DNA of 64,000 nt from Oscillospiraceae bacterium (GTDB taxonomy: Bacteria; Bacillota; Clostridia; Oscillospirales; Acutalibacteraceae): positions 8,535 to 72,534 of the forward strand of contig SVOH01000003.1 in assembly GCA_015066515.1 (NCBI GenBank). The letters are read 5' to 3'. Below, piece by piece: positions 1-9,534 of this stretch. The notes below the pieces were generated by a model that was given only the letters and a program-made list of their open reading frames with translations, was not told the DNA's origin and ran no database searches. Position numbers and translations under genes: made by a program. Numbering within the stretch: the stretch's first letter is position 1; each line of letters starts with the position of its first letter.

Positions 1-50
1 CATTTTTTGAGCATCTTTTGATATGATTCTCTTTGTTTTTCTTGATTCAT
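1..50 (-). CDS. 5' end of an unidentified CDS running off the left edge (MNQEKQRESYQKMLKK...)
   Basis: Minus-strand ATG at 50-48 with AGGAG at 62-58. Only 16 codons are visible, so no product can be assigned. Confidence 0.3.
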   Translation of the reverse strand, partial: MNQEKQRESYQKMLKK

Positions 51-105
51 TTTTATTCTCCTTATGTTTATTCGCCCGAGAATAGCCAAAGGAGTTTTTA
101 TTGTT

Positions 106-167
106 TTCTCGCAAATTTCTCGCAAATTTCTCGCAAAAATTCAGATGTTTTTCAAAATCTCGCAGAA
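106..167. repeat. 11-bp tandem repeat TTCTCGCAAAT x3 (106-138) plus a degenerate 4th copy ATCTCGCAGAA (157-167)
   Basis: Read directly from the sequence. Spacing is one helical turn. It lies between a divergent CDS start and the tRNA-like gene. Confidence 0.75.
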
Positions 168-196
168 CAGATGGAAATATTGCAGTTTTCAGGGAC

Positions 197-285
197 GGAG
201 AGGGGCGGTGCGGTAGATACTGCCTTTTGCTCGAAATCAGTTAGGGAGCAATCCCCCGCGAGTTCGAATCTCGCCGTCTCCGCCA
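197..285 (+). tRNA. tRNA-Ser-like gene (class II, anticodon-loop-like CTCGAAA = CGA) with a degenerate anticodon stem; possibly a pseudogene or a non-decoding tRNA-like RNA
   Basis: Acceptor GGAGAGG/CGTCTCC pairs at 6 of 7 positions, followed by discriminator G and an encoded CCA. T arm is GCGAG-TTCGAAT-CTCGC and the long variable arm is GGGA-GCAA-TCCC. The 5 nt on each side of the anticodon loop do not form a stem (at best 3 Watson-Crick pairs). Confidence 0.55.
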
Positions 286-357
286 AGGACAACCGTAATC
301 TTAGGATTGCGGTTGTTTTCTTTTTATGATATAATATCTAAAAAGGAGTGGATATTT

Positions 358-843
358 ATGGATAAAGATCTTATAGCAGATATTCGTTTTTCGTTTAATT
401 TTGAAGTTATTCCTTATCATCTTCAAAGTGAGGAAAGGGTTGACTTTGTTAAAGAGGTGGCTATAAATAAAGGTGAGTTTTTGGCCCATTTAATGAACGT
501 TTATATTGCCACGCTTGTTAAAGAGAGCGGTATGAAGGTGTCTAATGTGCCCGTGTTTACCAAAGAACAATTTAACGTTTCAGCAAAGCAAGCGGATGAA
601 CGAAGAGTTTATGTTATTGTTGAGTTGCCCGAGGACGAGAGCGACGATATGAGTTGTTTGCGATACATATTTGTTTGGGATAAAGAGGACGACTCTGTTA
701 GATATTTTACTGTAGAAAAAAATGTGGGTAAATGTCTGCTTTGTGAGGTTGATTCGGAAAAACATTCCTTATACGGTGAGATAGAGTTAGACAAAATGAA
801 AATATTGTATGCGGTATATGATATAGTTAATCAAAACATTTAA
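358..843 (+). CDS. hypothetical acidic protein, 161 aa
   Basis: ATG at 358 preceded by AAAGGAG. The ORF-track start at 307 is a TTG with no RBS. No motif recognised. Confidence 0.6.
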   Translation: MDKDLIADIRFSFNFEVIPYHLQSEERVDFVKEVAINKGEFLAHLMNVYIATLVKESGMKVSNVPVFTKEQFNVSAKQADERRVYVIVELPEDESDDMSCLRYIFVWDKEDDSVRYFTVEKNVGKCLLCEVDSEKHSLYGEIELDKMKILYAVYDIVNQNI

Positions 844-909
844 TAAGAGTTGGTATTTTTTTAAGTTTGGATTTATAGTATTTAATATAACTTTGAAAGG
901 GATAGATAT

Positions 910-1530
910 ATGAAGGTTTTAATGATTAATGGTAGTCCTCGCGCAAATGGTAATACAAGTGTTGCTCTTGCAGAAATGGAAAAGGTTTTTCACATAAACG
1001 GTATAGAAACCGAAATTTTTCAAATAGGTAATCGTGACATTCGTGGCTGTATGGCGTGCGGTTACTGCTTTAAAAACGGAAAATGTGCTATTGACGACGT
1101 TATAAATCAAGAACTTGCTCAAAAATTTGAGGAGTGTGATGGCTTGGTTGTTGGTAGCCCTGTATTTTACGCTTCGGCAAATGGCAGTCTTATTTCACTG
1201 CTTGACAGGCTTTTTTATAGCACGTCGTTTAATAAGACTATGAAGGTCGGTGCCAGCGTGGCCGTTGCGCGCCGTGGTGGCTGTACTGCCACTTTTGATC
1301 AGCTTAATAAGTACTTTACCATATCGGGTATGCCTGTAGCTTCGGGTCAGTATTGGAACAGTGTTCACGGACGCAAGGTAGGTGAGGCAGTAGGCGATGA
1401 AGAAGGTCTACAGGGTATGCGCACCTTGGCCGAGAATATGTCTTTCTTGATAAAGAGTATCGCCTTAGGCCGCGAAAAATACGGTATTCCCGAAAAAGAA
1501 AAATGGATAATGACAAATTTTGTAAGATAA
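910..1530 (+). CDS. flavodoxin-fold NAD(P)H-dependent FMN reductase / iron-sulfur flavoprotein-like protein
   Basis: N-terminus MKVLMINGSPRANGNTS. Compact Cys motif CMACGYCFKNGKC (CX2CX2CX5C), typical of iron-sulfur flavoproteins. Confidence 0.7.
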   Translation: MKVLMINGSPRANGNTSVALAEMEKVFHINGIETEIFQIGNRDIRGCMACGYCFKNGKCAIDDVINQELAQKFEECDGLVVGSPVFYASANGSLISLLDRLFYSTSFNKTMKVGASVAVARRGGCTATFDQLNKYFTISGMPVASGQYWNSVHGRKVGEAVGDEEGLQGMRTLAENMSFLIKSIALGREKYGIPEKEKWIMTNFVR

Positions 1531-1571
1531 AATCATAACTACCGGCACGGCCGGTAGTTATGATTTTTTTA
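1531..1571 (+). terminator. intrinsic terminator of the flavoprotein gene
   Basis: Stem AATCATAACTACCGG / CCGGTAGTTATGATT followed by a T-run. Confidence 0.8.
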
Positions 1572-1671
1572 TTGTTTGTTATCGTACTTATTATCGTTTT
1601 TCTTGTTGTCATTTTTATTCTGGTTGTTTTTATTTTCGTTTTTGTTTTGGTTTTTATTCTTGTTGTCGTTC

Positions 1672-1722
1672 ACAAAAATCACCCCGCTTTCAGTAGTATT
1701 GTTTACTGAGTACGGGGTGATT
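1672..1722 (-). terminator. intrinsic terminator after tatD (minus strand)
   Basis: AATCACCCCG (1677-1686) pairs with CGGGGTGATT (1713-1722), with an inner TCAGT/ACTGA pairing. A T-run follows on the minus strand. Confidence 0.6.
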
Positions 1723-1727
1723 ATTCG

Positions 1728-2510
1728 TTATTTGATTTGGAACAAATTTTTAGCATTTTTAGCCGTTAAATTTAAAATTTGTTCGGTTGTAGTACCGCGT
1801 ATTTCGGCGATTTTTTGCGCTGTGTATTTTATTAACCCTGAATGACACAACTTTCCGCGATAGGGCACGGGTGCAAGGTAGGGGCAATCGGTTTCGACGA
1901 GTAACAGCTCGTCGGGTATAATTTTTACCACGTCGGGTAATTTTTTTGCGTTATTAAAGGTAATTACACCGCCGACACCAATATACATTCCGAGTTTTAT
2001 AATTTCCTGTGCCATTTCTACACTGCCAGAAAAGCAATGCACAACACCCTTCGGCTTATACTTTTTAAGTATTTCCATTGTGTCACCGTGAGCGTCACGG
2101 TTATGGACAAGTATTGGTAAGTTGAGTTCCTTAGCGAGCAAAATCTGCTTTTCAAAAATGTCAATTTGGCTCTGCTTGTTATCGTCTACCCAATAATAGT
2201 CAAGACCAATTTCACCTATGGCTACACATTTTGGGTGATTGGCGAGCGACCTTATTTGCTCGGGTGTTGTACCCGAATCAATATTACCCGGGTGAATGCC
2301 CACAGCGGCATAAATAAAGCTATAGTCTTCTGCCATTTTAAGAGCTTTTTTAGATGATGCTTCGTCACAACCACACGTTACGATACCACACACACCGTTT
2401 TGGTGCATTTCATGGAATAACTCGTCACGAATGTAGTCAAAACGTTCATCGTCATAATGCGCGTGAGTATCAAAAATAGGGTATGAGTTTATTAAATCGT
2501 CGCTATACAT
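1728..2510 (-). CDS. tatD: TatD-family metal-dependent hydrolase (DNase)
   Basis: Motifs FDTHAHYDD and VHCFSG. The start at 2510 forms a TAATG overlap with the metG stop. An alternative ATG at 2525 would add 5 aa. Confidence 0.85.
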   Translation of the reverse strand: MYSDDLINSYPIFDTHAHYDDERFDYIRDELFHEMHQNGVCGIVTCGCDEASSKKALKMAEDYSFIYAAVGIHPGNIDSGTTPEQIRSLANHPKCVAIGEIGLDYYWVDDNKQSQIDIFEKQILLAKELNLPILVHNRDAHGDTMEILKKYKPKGVVHCFSGSVEMAQEIIKLGMYIGVGGVITFNNAKKLPDVVKIIPDELLLVETDCPYLAPVPYRGKLCHSGLIKYTAQKIAEIRGTTTEQILNLTAKNAKNLFQIK

Positions 2511-4432
2511 TATCTGATTTTGCATCCTTCGGGAATATCATCTACAAATATCACCTTAACGTCATCATCGGGGCAGTCGGCTGCCAAAATCATACCGTTT
2601 GACTCAACACCGCAAAGTGTAGCAGGCTTAAGGTTTGATACAACGATTACAGTGTGACCGATAAGCTCGTCGGGTGTATAGTATTTTGCAATGCCCGATG
2701 CTACTGTACGGGGCTTCCCACTTCCGTCGTTGAGTGTGAGTTTTAAGAGCTTCTTTGCTTTTGGAATAGGCTCGCAAGCCACGATCTTAGCAGTTGTAAG
2801 TTCAACCTTTGCAAAATCGTCAATAGAGATTTCGGGTAATTTTACTATGTTTGCAGCCTTTTCTGCCTCAGCGGCTTTTTTAGCCTGCTCGGCTGCGATT
2901 TCTTCAAGAACCTTTGGCATATCAATACGGGCAAAAAGCGGTGTTGCTTCGCCTACGGTGAATTCATTTACTTTGCCAAATGCAAGCTCATTACAATCAC
3001 TGTTGATTTGAACCGCAATACTCTTACAGCTTGACGGAATAACGGGAGTGAGCATAATGCTAAGCATACGAATACCCTCAAGCAAGTTGTAAAGTACATC
3101 GTTAAGACGGGGAAGAGTAGCCTCGTCCTTTGCAAGCACCCAAGGTGTTGTTTCGTCAATGTATTTGTTTAAGCGTTTTGCAAAGTTCATAACGCATTCG
3201 CACGCATCTGCGTTGCGGTAAGAATCCATAAGTGAATAATACTTTTGGATTGTTTCATTAGCACAAGCAATAAGCTCGTTGTCTAAATCTTCAAATGCTT
3301 CAGGTGCAGTCACCTTGCCACCAAAATACTTATTAGTCATAGCAACAGTGCGGTTTACAAGGTTGCCGAGTGTATTAGCAAGGTCAGCATTAAACTTTGT
3401 AATAAAGCTTTCGTAAGTTATGGTACCGTCTTGTGTAAACGGTATTTCAGAAAGCAGGTAGTAACGAACAGCATCTATGCCGAAACGAGCGGCAAGCTCA
3501 TCAGCATAAATAACGTTGCCCTTTGATTTAGACATTTTGTCTTCGCCTACAAGCACCCACGGGTGACCGAGAACCTGTTTTGGTAATGGCTCACCCAAAG
3601 CCATCAATATAATTGGCCAGTAAATAGTATGGAAACGCACAATATCTTTACCTATAACATGCAAATCGGCAGGCCAAAGCTTTTTGTACTGCTCGCTACT
3701 ACCATCGGGGTTGTAGCCAACACCTGTGATATAGTTTGAAAGAGCATCAATCCAAACGTAGATAACGTGTTTGTCATCAAAGCTTACGGGCACGCCCCAC
3801 TTGAATGATGAACGCGATACACAAAGGTCTTGCAGACCGGGTTTGATAAAGTTATTTAGCATTTCGTTTTTACGAGATTCAGGTTTAATAAAGTCAGGAT
3901 TTTGCTCGTAGTATTCAACTAACTTGTCCTGATATTTTGAAAGACGTAAGAAGTAAGCCTCTTCTTTAGAGTCAATAACCTCACGGCCACAGTCGGGGCA
4001 TTTGCCGTCTACAAGCTGGCTTTCGGTATAAAATGATTCACAAGGCACACAATATTTGCCTTCGTATGTGCTTTTATAGATATCTCCTTGGTCGTATAGC
4101 TTTTTAAATATCTTTTGAACAGCATCCTCGTGATAGTCATCGGTTGTACGAATGAATTTATCATAACAAGTGTCAAGTGAGTCCCAAACTGCCTTAATAT
4201 TAGCAGCAGCATTGTCAACAAATTCTTTAGGACTGATGCCGTCAGCCTTTGCATATTCTTCAATCTTCTGACCATGCTCGTCAGAGCCTGTCATTAAATA
4301 AACGTCAAAGCCCATCATTTTTTTGTAGCGGGCAATCATATCAGCAAGCACTATATCATAAGCGTTGCCTATGTGTGGCTTACGAGATGCGTAAGCAATG
4401 GCGGTGGTGATGTAAAATTTTTGTTTGTCCAT
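2510..4432 (-). CDS. metG: methionine--tRNA ligase with C-terminal tRNA-binding (EMAP-like) domain
   Basis: HIGH-type motif KPHIGNAYD, KMSKS motif DKMSKSKGN and zinc knuckle CVPC...CPDCG. SD AGGAGG lies at 4446-4441. Confidence 0.95.
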   Translation of the reverse strand: MDKQKFYITTAIAYASRKPHIGNAYDIVLADMIARYKKMMGFDVYLMTGSDEHGQKIEEYAKADGISPKEFVDNAAANIKAVWDSLDTCYDKFIRTTDDYHEDAVQKIFKKLYDQGDIYKSTYEGKYCVPCESFYTESQLVDGKCPDCGREVIDSKEEAYFLRLSKYQDKLVEYYEQNPDFIKPESRKNEMLNNFIKPGLQDLCVSRSSFKWGVPVSFDDKHVIYVWIDALSNYITGVGYNPDGSSEQYKKLWPADLHVIGKDIVRFHTIYWPIILMALGEPLPKQVLGHPWVLVGEDKMSKSKGNVIYADELAARFGIDAVRYYLLSEIPFTQDGTITYESFITKFNADLANTLGNLVNRTVAMTNKYFGGKVTAPEAFEDLDNELIACANETIQKYYSLMDSYRNADACECVMNFAKRLNKYIDETTPWVLAKDEATLPRLNDVLYNLLEGIRMLSIMLTPVIPSSCKSIAVQINSDCNELAFGKVNEFTVGEATPLFARIDMPKVLEEIAAEQAKKAAEAEKAANIVKLPEISIDDFAKVELTTAKIVACEPIPKAKKLLKLTLNDGSGKPRTVASGIAKYYTPDELIGHTVIVVSNLKPATLCGVESNGMILAADCPDDDVKVIFVDDIPEGCKIR

Positions 4433-4445
4433 AATTTATTCCTCC

Positions 4446-4722
4446 TAGGCTGACGGTGGTCGAACCGGTTATGGTTTCAAACGCCGCCTTTTGTCGATTT
4501 TCTTATATTTATGTTTGTATGACGGTAGTCTTACTGTAAACTTCACGATTCACCTCTCGTAAAAGGCGGCCGTGAGAAACTCCTTGACCTGCCAAATAAA
4601 TAATTTTTTGGGAGGGTGAAGCCGAAGAGTGCAGTAATACTGGCGTATTACAAACGATGAGGCAAGAAAAAACATAAAATTATTATTTGTCAGGCATAAC
4701 GGGTTCGGCTTCCGTCAGCCTA
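4446..4722. other. structured intercistronic element: 28-position closing inverted repeat enclosing two long hairpins (a three-way junction)
   Basis: 4446-4473 pairs with 4695-4722 (24 WC + 2 G-T in plus sense + 2 mismatches). Inner helices are 4483-4492/4561-4570 and 4588-4607/4676-4694, the latter with apical stem GTAATAC-TGGC-GTATTAC (4634-4651). The element spans exactly from the TAG stop of the upstream gene to the metG SD. Confidence 0.5.
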
Positions 4723-7320
4723 TGGTTTTCGAATGAGAAAACCGATTATTGATAAAACGGTTGTGCCAAGTGCGTAAAGCAAAACTGTTGATGCCTGTGG
4801 CATTGACATAAAGCCTGAAAAAGAGGCATACACAAAATACATAATACCGAATATCGCAAATAATATATACATAATTGTAAGCAATTTATTTGAACGTATA
4901 ATCATTGAGGCGCAATTAATGATTTTTACCAAATTTAATTGTGAGCCTCGGTATGCCGCAGGTGCGGAACAAATTGATACATCTGGTGTTATGTTTTTAA
5001 GCATATAGACACCGGCATTTGACATTACTTTTACCGAACCCTCATATAAGTCAAAATAATCACATATCATTTCCTCGGTTATATTGGGGTCGCAGTTTTC
5101 GACTAAAAGTGTAAGCCCTAAATTTGTAATTTTACGTAGCTCTTTTGCAATTTCAGTTCTCGCCTCGTATTGTATTATAATAAGTGCACAAGCGGTGTCG
5201 GTGGTTGCTACATATACAGGGAAATATCCGTTACGTAAAATCTTTTTATCTATTTCAAGACTGGGTATTTGTATGCCATGGGCCTGCATAAACGAACGGT
5301 TACCTATAAATAGCAATTCGTTATTTACCCATCCGGAAATACCAAGATTTTTTTCGTATTTTACAGTATCGGAATCGGGAATGGTGTATGAGCTGTTAGT
5401 GCCTGCAATCTGGTTAAAGATTGCCTCAAGCGGACTTTTAACAGCTGCGGTAAGCGATGCCGCACGCAAAATGGTGTCATCAATATTATTGTTGGATAAC
5501 ACCTTCATACTGTACATTTTTATAGAGCCCGTTGGGAAAATGTCGTTTATATGAACAACGGCGGCATTTGTAAGGTCTAATCTTTCGGCACCGTACATGC
5601 CCGCAATCATTGAACCTTTTGAATTAAGCTTTTTAGAAGCGACTGATAAAGGTAAGCTGTCAATAAAGAATAATGTTGGTATAGCTGTAACACACGAAAC
5701 AACAGCGGCACTATAAAACGCATCAAATATACTTTGATAATAAAAATATGCTATAATTCCACACAAGACAGAGAATACCAAACTAAAATAAAACATAAAA
5801 GGACCTTTGCCCGAAAGCTTTGGTGCAAATTCGGTATGCTTAATATAGTCTGAAAGTAGTACTGTTTTGCGGGGTGCCGCAATAAGAACATCACCGTCTA
5901 TGGTGTTTTTAGCCATTGCAAAAGTGGTTGCAGGGTCGTCTATAAGTGTTATGGCTTTTTTATCGCTGTTATTTAGAATTTGTTTAAGGTTGCCAATTTT
6001 ATAAGAAATTTCTTTAAAATTGCATATTGCTCTCATCAGCAATATTATTGCACAAAGTAAAATCATATAATACGCATTGGCATCGGTAAGTGCCGCACAA
6101 ACTGTAAGCGATAGTGAAAAAATCGCGCCAAGAGCGGCAATAGCGTCAAAACCACATTGTTTTGAGACGAGGTTTTTAAGGTCAAAAAACATATTAATGT
6201 TTGCTACGACCGAAAGCAGTAAAAATGCTCCGCAGGTAAACATTGCGTTTTTAGGTTTTGCTATAATAAAGTCAAAAATAGGGGGGAGTAAAAACACTAG
6301 CAACGCAATAACACTTAAAGCAGAAACAAAAACGCTTATAAATCCGGAACGCTTTTTTATTGCAAGCTCTCGCATAATTTTTTTACCGCTCGCAATATCA
6401 GTTATTTCATTTTTTGGTGTAAATTTTTCAAACTCGGATTGTTCAAAGCTTTGTAATGGACTTTGCGAAGAAATATCTTCAACATAATCTTCGCCCAAGT
6501 CGATGTGCCTCGTAGAGCTGCTTATAGTTATATGGTCGGTATTACCTTTGGTATCTTTCACAGGAGTAAAACGAATAGTTGCGGTATTAGACATCTCACC
6601 GGGGGTAGTTATACCAACTTCTTTGTTATCGATATCTGAAATATTGGGCACACTTGCGTCTGGAATTTCTTCTAGCTTTTTGTTGTCTGTAAAAAGATTA
6701 TCAAACATCTCTTGTGTTTCGCGCTTTTCTGATTCGATTACCATTTTTTCAAACGCTACAGTAGGTTTGATTGCAGAATTCGTTTTTTCGGAAAAGGATG
6801 GTTTGGTTGGTTCTTCGCTATTGGTGTCGGTATTGTTAATATCAATGCCGTATTTTTCCGAAAGGCTTTTCATAGCACTTTCGCCATCACTCATAAGAAT
6901 TTCTGCAACAGATTCAAGGTGATAAAGCGGTTCATTATTTTCGGAAGCATCTTTACCATGCTCATCTATTGTATATCGTTTTACTTTTTCAACAAGTGTC
7001 TTATGTGAATTATCCTCTTGGTTGTCAATGTGCTGGGTAGTTTTATCCAAATTATTTGAGTTTGGTTTAGAAGCAGGTTCTTTTGATTCTTCGCTTTGGG
7101 GTACGGTTGCCGATACGTTCATACGTTTTTTTAGCGAGTCAAGAGCTCCCGTTTGTGTTACATTAGATTCATCATCGCCAAATATCCAAAGGTTAGAGAC
7201 CTCGTCGGGAGTCATAGCGTGAGGAGCTAAATTTTGATCACCTGATATTTTTATAGGTTCATCGTCGGTATTTATAATAAATCCGTTGTTTTCATCTTTT
7301 CGTTTTGAGAAAAATCCCAT
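4720..7320 (-). CDS. polytopic membrane protein homologous to P1B-type ATPases but with degenerate catalytic motifs; ~330-aa polar/acidic N-terminal region
   Basis: Blocks are collinear with a P-type ATPase, but DKTGT is replaced by NDIFPTGS, SEHP by VKSP and TGD by NCD. There are multiple TM segments. Confidence 0.6.
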   Translation of the reverse strand: MGFFSKRKDENNGFIINTDDEPIKISGDQNLAPHAMTPDEVSNLWIFGDDESNVTQTGALDSLKKRMNVSATVPQSEESKEPASKPNSNNLDKTTQHIDNQEDNSHKTLVEKVKRYTIDEHGKDASENNEPLYHLESVAEILMSDGESAMKSLSEKYGIDINNTDTNSEEPTKPSFSEKTNSAIKPTVAFEKMVIESEKRETQEMFDNLFTDNKKLEEIPDASVPNISDIDNKEVGITTPGEMSNTATIRFTPVKDTKGNTDHITISSSTRHIDLGEDYVEDISSQSPLQSFEQSEFEKFTPKNEITDIASGKKIMRELAIKKRSGFISVFVSALSVIALLVFLLPPIFDFIIAKPKNAMFTCGAFLLLSVVANINMFFDLKNLVSKQCGFDAIAALGAIFSLSLTVCAALTDANAYYMILLCAIILLMRAICNFKEISYKIGNLKQILNNSDKKAITLIDDPATTFAMAKNTIDGDVLIAAPRKTVLLSDYIKHTEFAPKLSGKGPFMFYFSLVFSVLCGIIAYFYYQSIFDAFYSAAVVSCVTAIPTLFFIDSLPLSVASKKLNSKGSMIAGMYGAERLDLTNAAVVHINDIFPTGSIKMYSMKVLSNNNIDDTILRAASLTAAVKSPLEAIFNQIAGTNSSYTIPDSDTVKYEKNLGISGWVNNELLFIGNRSFMQAHGIQIPSLEIDKKILRNGYFPVYVATTDTACALIIIQYEARTEIAKELRKITNLGLTLLVENCDPNITEEMICDYFDLYEGSVKVMSNAGVYMLKNITPDVSICSAPAAYRGSQLNLVKIINCASMIIRSNKLLTIMYILFAIFGIMYFVYASFSGFMSMPQASTVLLYALGTTVLSIIGFLIRKP

Positions 7321-7339
7321 AATTATTTTCCCACCATTT

Positions 7340-8110
7340 TTATTTTAAATTTCTCTTTCTTACTACTTCGTACATCAATACACCGGCGGCAACAGATGCG
7401 TTGAGTGAATTAATTTTTCCGCACATAGGAAGACTAATAATGCCGTCACATTTTTTGGCAACAAGTGTTCCAATACCTTTGCCTTCATTTCCAATGACGA
7501 TAGCGCAGGGAATATTATAGTCTGTTTGTGTATAGGGTGAGCCGTCCATATCTGCACCAAAAACCCAAATACCTTTTTCTTTGAGGTCATCTATAGTATT
7601 TGCAATGTTTGTAACGCGTGCCACCTTCATATATGCTAAAGCACCGGCAGATGTTTTTTCAACCGTGGCGTTAAGTGATGCTGAACGACGCTTTGGAATG
7701 ATTATGCCGTGAACACCGCAAGCCTCGGCTGTACGTATGATAGCGCCAAGGTTGTGAGGGTCCTCGATTTCATCACAAATTACAATAAAAGGATTTTCGT
7801 TTCGTTCTTGAGCTGTTTTTAAAATATCTTCTACTGTAGAATATTCCTGACTGGCTATCATTACGGCAACGCCCTGATGGTTACCGCCGCCGCAATAGTA
7901 ATCAAGTTTTTGAGGGCTTATTTCTTTTATTAAAATACCACGCTGATTGCATTTTGCGCGAATTGCTGTAACCGAGCCGCCCGTTACACCGTGTGCTATT
8001 AAAAGACGGTCTATTTCACGACCTGAGCGTAATGCTTCCATAACAGGATTTCTGCCATATATGATGTTACCTTGCTTTGAGTCAAGATTTTCCCTATTGC
8101 CAAATTCCAT
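7340..8110 (-). CDS. rlmB: 23S rRNA (guanosine-2'-O)-methyltransferase, SpoU/TrmH family (RlmB-like)
   Basis: N-terminal IYGRNPVMEAL substrate-binding region and a SpoU methylase core (NLGAIIRTAEACG, IVIGNEGKG). ATG at 8110 is preceded by AGGTGA. Confidence 0.85.
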   Translation of the reverse strand: MEFGNRENLDSKQGNIIYGRNPVMEALRSGREIDRLLIAHGVTGGSVTAIRAKCNQRGILIKEISPQKLDYYCGGGNHQGVAVMIASQEYSTVEDILKTAQERNENPFIVICDEIEDPHNLGAIIRTAEACGVHGIIIPKRRSASLNATVEKTSAGALAYMKVARVTNIANTIDDLKEKGIWVFGADMDGSPYTQTDYNIPCAIVIGNEGKGIGTLVAKKCDGIISLPMCGKINSLNASVAAGVLMYEVVRKRNLK

Positions 8111-8162
8111 ATAATCACCTATTATATAATAATACACAATAATTATAGCACACATAAAATGA

Positions 8163-9437
<1,275 letters not shown>

Positions 9438-9474
9438 CTTTTATGCTGTTGTACTGTAAAATAGATAAGCAGTA

Positions 9475-9511
9475 GGGACTGCAACCAAATTTGGTTTGCA
9501 GTCCTTTTTTT
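9475..9511 (+). terminator. intrinsic terminator after eno
   Basis: Stem GGGACTGCAACCAA / TTGGTTTGCAGTCC followed by T7. Confidence 0.8.
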
Positions 9512-9534
9512 ACGGAAATTTACGGAGTGATTGT

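Noticed and set aside
197-285. tRNA-Sec (selC) or the 3' tRNA-like domain of tmRNA.
   Set aside because: There is no UCA anticodon and no 8/5 acceptor/T geometry. The discriminator is G rather than A, and no tag-ORF or GC-rich pseudoknots lie upstream. The upstream 196 nt are AT-rich with a simple tandem repeat.
33-329. A 98-aa ORF covering the tandem repeat and the tRNA-like gene.
   Set aside because: It has no RBS, runs straight through a tRNA-shaped sequence, and has improbable composition.
1572-1727. In-frame extension after the tatD stop: 52 sense codons ending in an Asn/Lys-rich tail (NDNKNKNQNKNENK...), which might suggest stop-codon read-through. On the plus strand there is a Phe/Leu-rich ORF (1576..1845).
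   Set aside because: The stretch is an A-rich (minus) / T-rich (plus) low-complexity spacer between two convergent terminators. A-rich sequence rarely contains stop codons, and the extension would run through the tatD terminator hairpin. Both ORFs are best explained by base composition.
4433-4719. A Met-specific T-box leader upstream of metG.
   Set aside because: In the mRNA (minus) sense there is no T-box consensus (AGGGTGGTACCGCG-like) and no terminator with a U-run before the SD. There is also no specifier loop with AUG followed by a purine. A GGTGGT...ACCGG string and a CCGTTA (F-box-like) string do occur, but on the wrong strand or in the wrong order.
4446-4722. A known housekeeping RNA (SRP/4.5S, 6S, tmRNA or RNase P) hidden in the metG upstream gap.
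   Set aside because: The sequence lacks the SRP helix-8 motif (GGTCCGGAAGGAAGCAGC), the tmRNA ends (GGGG...TCCACCA) and the RNase P CR-I/CR-V strings. It is too long and too branched for 6S. This was checked by eye only.
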